A DNA stretch of 64,000 nucleotides. Origin: an uncultured Clostridia bacterium. Its GTDB lineage: Bacteria; Bacillota; Clostridia; Christensenellales; CAG-138. The notes beneath the pieces were generated by a model. That model ran no database searches. It saw only the letters and a list, made by a program, of their open reading frames with translations, and was not told where the DNA came from. How positions within the stretch are numbered: the stretch's first letter is position 1; the number at the start of each line of letters is the position of its first letter. Both the position numbers and the translations under genes were made by a program. The stretch spans positions 14,946 through 78,945 of the forward strand of contig CAMPAN010000002.1 in NCBI GenBank assembly GCA_946631895.1, written 5' to 3'. Positions 59,467 through 64,000 of the stretch are shown one piece after another.

Positions 59467-60137
59467 TCCGACACCTCCAGATAGTAGCCGACGCCGCGCT
59501 GCGCCTTGATTTTCACATTCGCGCCGACGGCTTCCAGTTTCTTGCGAAGATAGGAGATATAGACCCAGACCACGTTCTGCTCCGCTTCGCTCTCAAATCC
59601 CCAGATGCGGTCCATGAACGCGTCGGTCGACAGAAGCCGCTTCGGGTTCCGCATCAGCATTTCCAGCATCTGAAACTCCTTGCCCGCAAGCTTGAACTGC
59701 CCGTCCGGACCGACGAGGTCGTACGTCGCGACGTCCAGCGTGAGATTTCCGACGGACAGCTTTGTGTCGGTCTGCACCGCGGTCTGCCGCGTCATCACGC
59801 GGATGCGCGCCAGAAGCTCCTTGGTGTCGAACGGCTTCGTGAGATAATCGTTTGCGCCGGAATCCAGCCCGAAGACCTTGTCGTCGATCTCGGACCGCGC
59901 GGTCAGCATCAGCACCGGCGTCCTGTTTCCGGCTTCACGCATGCGTTTCAATACCGTGAACCCGTCGACCTTGGGCATCATGACGTCGAGGATCACACCG
60001 TCGTAGTTCTCGGTCGCCAGATAATCCAGCGCGTCCGCGCCGTTATAGACCGCGTCGACGGAATAATTGTTCTTTTTGAGGATCGCGCAGACCGCACGGG
60101 ACAGCGATCTCTCGTCCTCCGCAAATAATAGGCGCAT
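59463..60137 (-). CDS. OmpR-family response regulator
   Basis: Start at MRLLFAEDE (GGGAGG RBS). GVILDVMMPKVDG, LTAR, and a winged helix with LAGKEFQMLEML...RGVGY. Confidence 0.9.
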   Translation of the reverse strand: MRLLFAEDERSLSRAVCAILKKNNYSVDAVYNGADALDYLATENYDGVILDVMMPKVDGFTVLKRMREAGNRTPVLMLTARSEIDDKVFGLDSGANDYLTKPFDTKELLARIRVMTRQTAVQTDTKLSVGNLTLDVATYDLVGPDGQFKLAGKEFQMLEMLMRNPKRLLSTDAFMDRIWGFESEAEQNVVWVYISYLRKKLEAVGANVKIKAQRGVGYYLEVSE

Positions 60138-60271
60138 ACCGATCCTCCCGAACACGTTTTTTCAATCATATCATATATTTCCGAAAAAAACATCAAAAAC
60201 TTTTCCCCGATTTAGGTTCGTTTAGGGTTGACGCCGTAAGATAAAGGCAACAAAAAGAGAGGTGAAGAACG

Positions 60272-61237
60272 ATGAAGATTCCCAGATACGGGTTTGCGGT
60301 CCTGTTCGGACTTGCGCTCCTGCTGTTTACCGGATATCTCCTTGCCGATACATTTCTGATTAAACGCGTATACTCGGTCGCGGCGGAACCCGCGTCGCAG
60401 ACTGCCGCGGCACAGACCGCGGCGGAATCGGACGAGATCGTGATCGTTGCGTCGGAAGAAGAAGCGGCAGCGGAACCGGTCGATTCCTCCCCGGCGGCGG
60501 AGCCGGTCACGACCGACACGACCTATTCGGACGAAAACATCTCCGTTCAGCTTTCGACGTACCGGCTTTATGAAACGACGGTCTACGTTGCGGACGTGCA
60601 GCTCTCCTCGGCGGACTACCTGAAAACCGCGTTTGCCGAGAACAGCTACGGACGCAACATCACCGCAAAGACTTCGGCGACAGCGTCCGCGGTCAACGCG
60701 ATCCTTGCGGTCAACGGTGACTACTACGGCGCGCAGCGCAGCGGGTACGTGATCCGTAACGGCGTGCTGTACCGCAATACATCGGGCGGCGGCGAGGACC
60801 TTGTGATCTATGCGGACGGCTCGTTCGGCATCATCGACGAAGACGAGATCACGGCGGAAGAGCTGCTCGCGTCCGGCGCATGGAACGTGCTTTCCTTCGG
60901 TCCGGCGCTTGTGGAAGACGGCGGGATCTCGGTTTCCGAAAACGACGAAGTCGGCAGAGCGATGGCAAGCAATCCGCGCACGGCGATCGGCGTGATCGAC
61001 GATCTGCATTATGTCTTCGTCGTGGCGGACGGCCGCACGAGCGACAGCGACGGGCTGTCCCTCTATGAGCTTGCGGCGTTTCTGCAGTCGATCGGATGTC
61101 AGACCGCCTACAATCTCGACGGCGGCGGATCGTCCTCGATGGTGTTCCTGGGGACGCTGATCAACAACCCCGCAAACGGAAGAAAATCCAGCGAAAGGAG
61201 CGTGAGCGACATTGTCTACATCGGTTACGGCGCGTAA
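60272..61237 (+). CDS. Phosphodiester glycosidase (NAGPA/DUF2233) family protein
   Basis: N-terminal anchor, then AVNGDYYG, RTAIGVIDD..YVFVVADGR and NLDGGGSS. Confidence 0.7.
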   Translation: MKIPRYGFAVLFGLALLLFTGYLLADTFLIKRVYSVAAEPASQTAAAQTAAESDEIVIVASEEEAAAEPVDSSPAAEPVTTDTTYSDENISVQLSTYRLYETTVYVADVQLSSADYLKTAFAENSYGRNITAKTSATASAVNAILAVNGDYYGAQRSGYVIRNGVLYRNTSGGGEDLVIYADGSFGIIDEDEITAEELLASGAWNVLSFGPALVEDGGISVSENDEVGRAMASNPRTAIGVIDDLHYVFVVADGRTSDSDGLSLYELAAFLQSIGCQTAYNLDGGGSSSMVFLGTLINNPANGRKSSERSVSDIVYIGYGA

Positions 61238-61652
61238 ACTGCATCCGCAGCACAAGCTGCTTCTGATCGACCTTTTTGCATCGCTGTTCTGCGTCCTGTT
61301 CGGCGCGGTCTATGAATGCTTCAGTCACGGCGTCTATTCCTACGGCATGCTCTATGCCTTCGTGTTTCCGCTCGTGCTCGGCGTGCTGCCGCTGCTGCTC
61401 ATCGCAGTGCTGCGCGTGCCGTACCCGAACCGCTTTGTCCGCAGCATGCTGCACGCGGGGATCGCCACGCTGACCGTCGGCAGTCTCGTTTCCGGCGCGC
61501 TCGAGATCTACGGCACGACGAACCCGCTGACGCTCGTCTACTGGATTCTCGGCGGTCTGCTCGTTGCGCTCGGCGCGGCAGGGTATATCGTGACAGCTTT
61601 TGCGGAGCGGCGAAACAAATCAGATTCCCCGAAAGAGGCACATACATACTGA
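61212..61652 (+). CDS. Small multi-pass membrane protein (start uncertain)
   Basis: Four hydrophobic helices. The listed start is TTG and overlaps the upstream gene. No motif recognised. Confidence 0.4.
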   Translation: MSTSVTARKLHPQHKLLLIDLFASLFCVLFGAVYECFSHGVYSYGMLYAFVFPLVLGVLPLLLIAVLRVPYPNRFVRSMLHAGIATLTVGSLVSGALEIYGTTNPLTLVYWILGGLLVALGAAGYIVTAFAERRNKSDSPKEAHTY

Positions 61653-61678
61653 ACCCTGCGTTCTGCAGAACCGGCAAG

Positions 61679-61714
61679 AACCGCTGTCCGGGCATTTCCG
61701 GGCGGCGGTTTTCT
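61679..61714 (+). terminator. Imperfect hairpin + T-run
   Basis: AACCGCTGTCCGG ... CCGGGCGGCGGTT (two mismatches) followed by TTCT. Confidence 0.35.
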
Positions 61715-61875
61715 GCGAAAACCGGACAGGAAGCGCAAATCGAAATTCTGCCGTCAAAATCCGTCCGAGAGGGTTGCGGACCGGGGTCATCTTATTGTAA
61801 AATAATAAAAAGCATCTGCGCACGACTGCGCGGATCCCGACTGTCATTTCATCAAGAAGGGGGACGTAACGACCC

Positions 61876-62724
61876 ATGTACCGAATCCTCAGCAAAAAAC
61901 AACTGAACCCGACCGTGACGCAGATGGAGATCGAAGCGCCGCTCGTGGCGAACAAAGCGCTGCCCGGGCAGTTCATCATCCTGCGCGTCGACGGGGAGGG
62001 CGAACGAATCCCCCTGACCGTCGCGGGCGTGGACAAGGCGCGCGGCGCGGTGAAGATCATCTTCCAGATCGTCGGCGCGACGACCGAGCTTCTGAACCAT
62101 AAGAACGAAGGCGAATCCATTCAGGATTTCGTGGGTCCGCTGGGCGTGCCGACGCACACCGAAGGGATCAAAAAGGTCTGCATCGTGGGCGGCGGTGTGG
62201 GCTGCGCGATCGCCATGCCGGTGGCGCAGGCGTTCCATGAAAAGGGCGCGGAGGTGACAAGCATCATCGGCTTCCGCAGCAAGGATCTTCTGATCCTCGA
62301 GGACGAGTTCCGGGCGTGCTCGGACCGGCTGATCGTCATGACCGACGACGGAAGCTACGCGCGGCACGGCAACGTCACCGTTCCGCTGAAGGAAATGCTC
62401 GAGGCGGGCGAGAAATTCGACCTGATCGTCACGATCGGTCCGCTCATCATGATGAAGTTCGTCACGCTCACCGCAAAGCCGTTCGGCGTGCCGGTCACGG
62501 TCTCGATGAATCCGATCATGATCGACGGCACGGGCATGTGCGGCGGCTGCAGATTGACGCTCGTACAGGACGGCAAGCGCGTCACGAAGTTCGCGTGCGT
62601 CGACGGACCGGATTTCAACGGCTACGAGGTCGATTTCGACGAGGCGATGAGCCGCGGCAGAATGTACTTTGATTTTGAACGGCACGCGCACGAAGAGACC
62701 TGCAATCTCTTCAGGAACGCATAA
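61876..62724 (+). CDS. NfnA-like / dihydroorotate-dehydrogenase-electron-transfer-like FAD/NAD(P)-binding subunit
   Basis: MYRILSKKQLNPTVTQMEIEAPLVANKALPGQFIILRVDGEGERIPLTVAG and a C-terminal MCGGCRL cluster motif. This is the usual partner of the small glutamate-synthase-type subunit. Confidence 0.8.
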   Translation: MYRILSKKQLNPTVTQMEIEAPLVANKALPGQFIILRVDGEGERIPLTVAGVDKARGAVKIIFQIVGATTELLNHKNEGESIQDFVGPLGVPTHTEGIKKVCIVGGGVGCAIAMPVAQAFHEKGAEVTSIIGFRSKDLLILEDEFRACSDRLIVMTDDGSYARHGNVTVPLKEMLEAGEKFDLIVTIGPLIMMKFVTLTAKPFGVPVTVSMNPIMIDGTGMCGGCRLTLVQDGKRVTKFACVDGPDFNGYEVDFDEAMSRGRMYFDFERHAHEETCNLFRNA

Positions 62725-62737
62725 GGAGGGACGCATC

Positions 62738-64000
62738 ATGGCTCTGAATCCGAAAAAGCACGAAATGCCGACGCAGGCGCCCGAGGTGCGCGCAAGAAAC
62801 TTCAACGAGGTCGCGCTTGGCTATACCGCCGGGATCGCGGTCGAGGAAGCAAAGCGCTGTCTGAACTGCAAAAACCGTCCGTGCGTTGCAGGCTGTCCCG
62901 TCAACGTCAACATTCCGGACTTTATCACAAAGATCAAGACGGGCGATTTTGAAGGCGCGTATCGGATCATCAATGAAACGTCGTCCCTGCCCGCCGTCTG
63001 CGGCAGAGTCTGCCCGCAGGAAACGCAGTGCGAAAGCAAGTGCTCGATGGGCGTCAAATTCGAGCCGGTCGGCATCGGCAGGCTGGAGCGCTTCGTTGCC
63101 GACTGGCATAACGCCAATGCGACGGAAAAGGCTGTTCCGCCCGCGCCGAACGGGCACAGGGTCGCGATCGTGGGCTCCGGTCCCTCGGGACTGACCTGCG
63201 CGGGCGATCTCGCCAAGAAAGGCTATAAGGTCTCCGTCTTTGAAGCGCTGCACACCGCGGGCGGCGTGCTCGTCTACGGCATTCCGGAATTCCGTCTGCC
63301 CAAGGCGATCGTTGCAAAGGAGGTCGAAACGCTCCGTGACCTCGGCGTGGACGTGCAGACAAACGTCGTCATCGGCAAGACCCTGACGGTCGACGAGCTG
63401 TTTGAGATGGGTTATGAAGCAGTCTTCATCGGTTCCGGCGCGGGGCTGCCGAACTTCATGAACATCCCGGGCGAATCCCTGAAAGGCGTGTATTCCGCAA
63501 ACGAGTTTCTGACGCGCTCGAACCTCATGAAGGCGTATCTAGACAAACCGGTCACGCCGATCATGAAGGGCGGACACGTTGCGGTCGTCGGCGGCGGCAA
63601 CGTCGCGATGGACGCGGCGCGCACGGCGCTGCGGCTCGGCGCGGAGCATGTGTATATCGTCTACCGCCGCTCGATGGACGAGCTTCCGGCGCGTCGCGAG
63701 GAGGTCGAGCACGCGATGGAGGAGGGGATCGACTTCCGGCTTCTCAACAACCCGGTCGAGATCCTCGGTTACAGCAATCCCGACAATCCGCGCGATCCGA
63801 AGAACGGCTTTGTCACCGGCATGCGCTGCATCCGCATGGAGCTCGGCGAGCCGGACGCAAAGGGCAGACGCCGCCCCGTTCCGATCGAGGGCAGCGAATT
63901 TACGCTCGACGTGGACACCGTCATCATGGCGATCGGCACAAGCCCGAACCCGCTCATCAAGAATACGACCGCAGGACTTGAGGTCAATTCGCACGGCGGC
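62738..64000 (+). CDS. NADPH-dependent glutamate synthase small-subunit-like oxidoreductase (GltD/NfnB type), 3'-truncated
   Basis: Absent from the ORF track because no stop falls in the window. AGGAGG RBS. CLNCKNRPCVAGCPV and CGRVCPQETQCESKC Fe-S motifs, followed by VAIVGSGPSGLTCAGDLAKKGY and VAVVGGGNVAMDAAR dinucleotide folds. Confidence 0.85.
   Translation, partial: MALNPKKHEMPTQAPEVRARNFNEVALGYTAGIAVEEAKRCLNCKNRPCVAGCPVNVNIPDFITKIKTGDFEGAYRIINETSSLPAVCGRVCPQETQCESKCSMGVKFEPVGIGRLERFVADWHNANATEKAVPPAPNGHRVAIVGSGPSGLTCAGDLAKKGYKVSVFEALHTAGGVLVYGIPEFRLPKAIVAKEVETLRDLGVDVQTNVVIGKTLTVDELFEMGYEAVFIGSGAGLPNFMNIPGESLKGVYSANEFLTRSNLMKAYLDKPVTPIMKGGHVAVVGGGNVAMDAARTALRLGAEHVYIVYRRSMDELPARREEVEHAMEEGIDFRLLNNPVEILGYSNPDNPRDPKNGFVTGMRCIRMELGEPDAKGRRRPVPIEGSEFTLDVDTVIMAIGTSPNPLIKNTTAGLEVNSHGG

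Noticed and set aside
23496-60137. The two OmpR/HK pairs (23496-25393 and 58210-60137) as boundaries of a second mobile region.
   Set aside because: They are ordinary diverged paralogs, each next to a plausible target operon (ABC exporter; VTC/lipoprotein cluster). I saw no terminal repeats or compositional step between them.

Overview
The window has two compositionally different parts.

(1) nt 1 to ~23,100 is a visibly AT-richer accessory island with every gene on the plus strand. Its left end lies outside the window. Its right end coincides with a 23-nt tRNA 3'-end fragment (tRNA-Cys-like TTCGATTCCGGGTGGCGCCTCCA) followed by a terminator hairpin.
- It carries a tightly packed operon built around a non-canonical Hsp70-family ATPase.
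- The operon also encodes four long coiled-coil proteins and several proteins sharing an N-terminal CxxC..CxxCGF zinc ribbon. One of these is fused to EF-Tu domains II-III with no GTPase domain.
- Further members are a HerA/FtsK-type ATPase, an AAA+::trypsin-like protease fusion, an HExxH peptidase and an orphan NrdG-like radical-SAM activase.
- Downstream lie an ECF-type sigma/anti-sigma pair, a zinc-ribbon-TM-RCC1 surface protein, two paralogous membrane proteins and a PRTase-domain protein.
- I cannot assign this operon to any named system.

(2) nt ~23,100-64,000 is GC-rich chromosome. Its gene content suggests a high-GC Clostridia-type Firmicute (low-confidence guess).
- Two OmpR/histidine-kinase pairs and a MacB-type ABC exporter with two HlyD-like adaptors.
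- A locus headed by a WYL regulator: an NT5C-like nucleotidase, a SpoVK-type AAA+, four tandem paralogs and a degenerate PolC-PHP::DnaB-C fusion. It contains three copies of one promoter/operator module.
- A 12.4-kb minus-strand operon of four TIR(-like)-TM-LRR proteins plus an HD::RyR protein and a SLOG::multi-TM protein. This has Thoeris-like parts with a Toll-like-receptor-like topology.
- A VTC/DUF4956/beta-helix lipoprotein cluster and nfnA/gltD-like genes.

I saw no rRNA, intact tRNA, CRISPR array, integrase or transposase. All function calls rest on motifs read by eye, with no database search.
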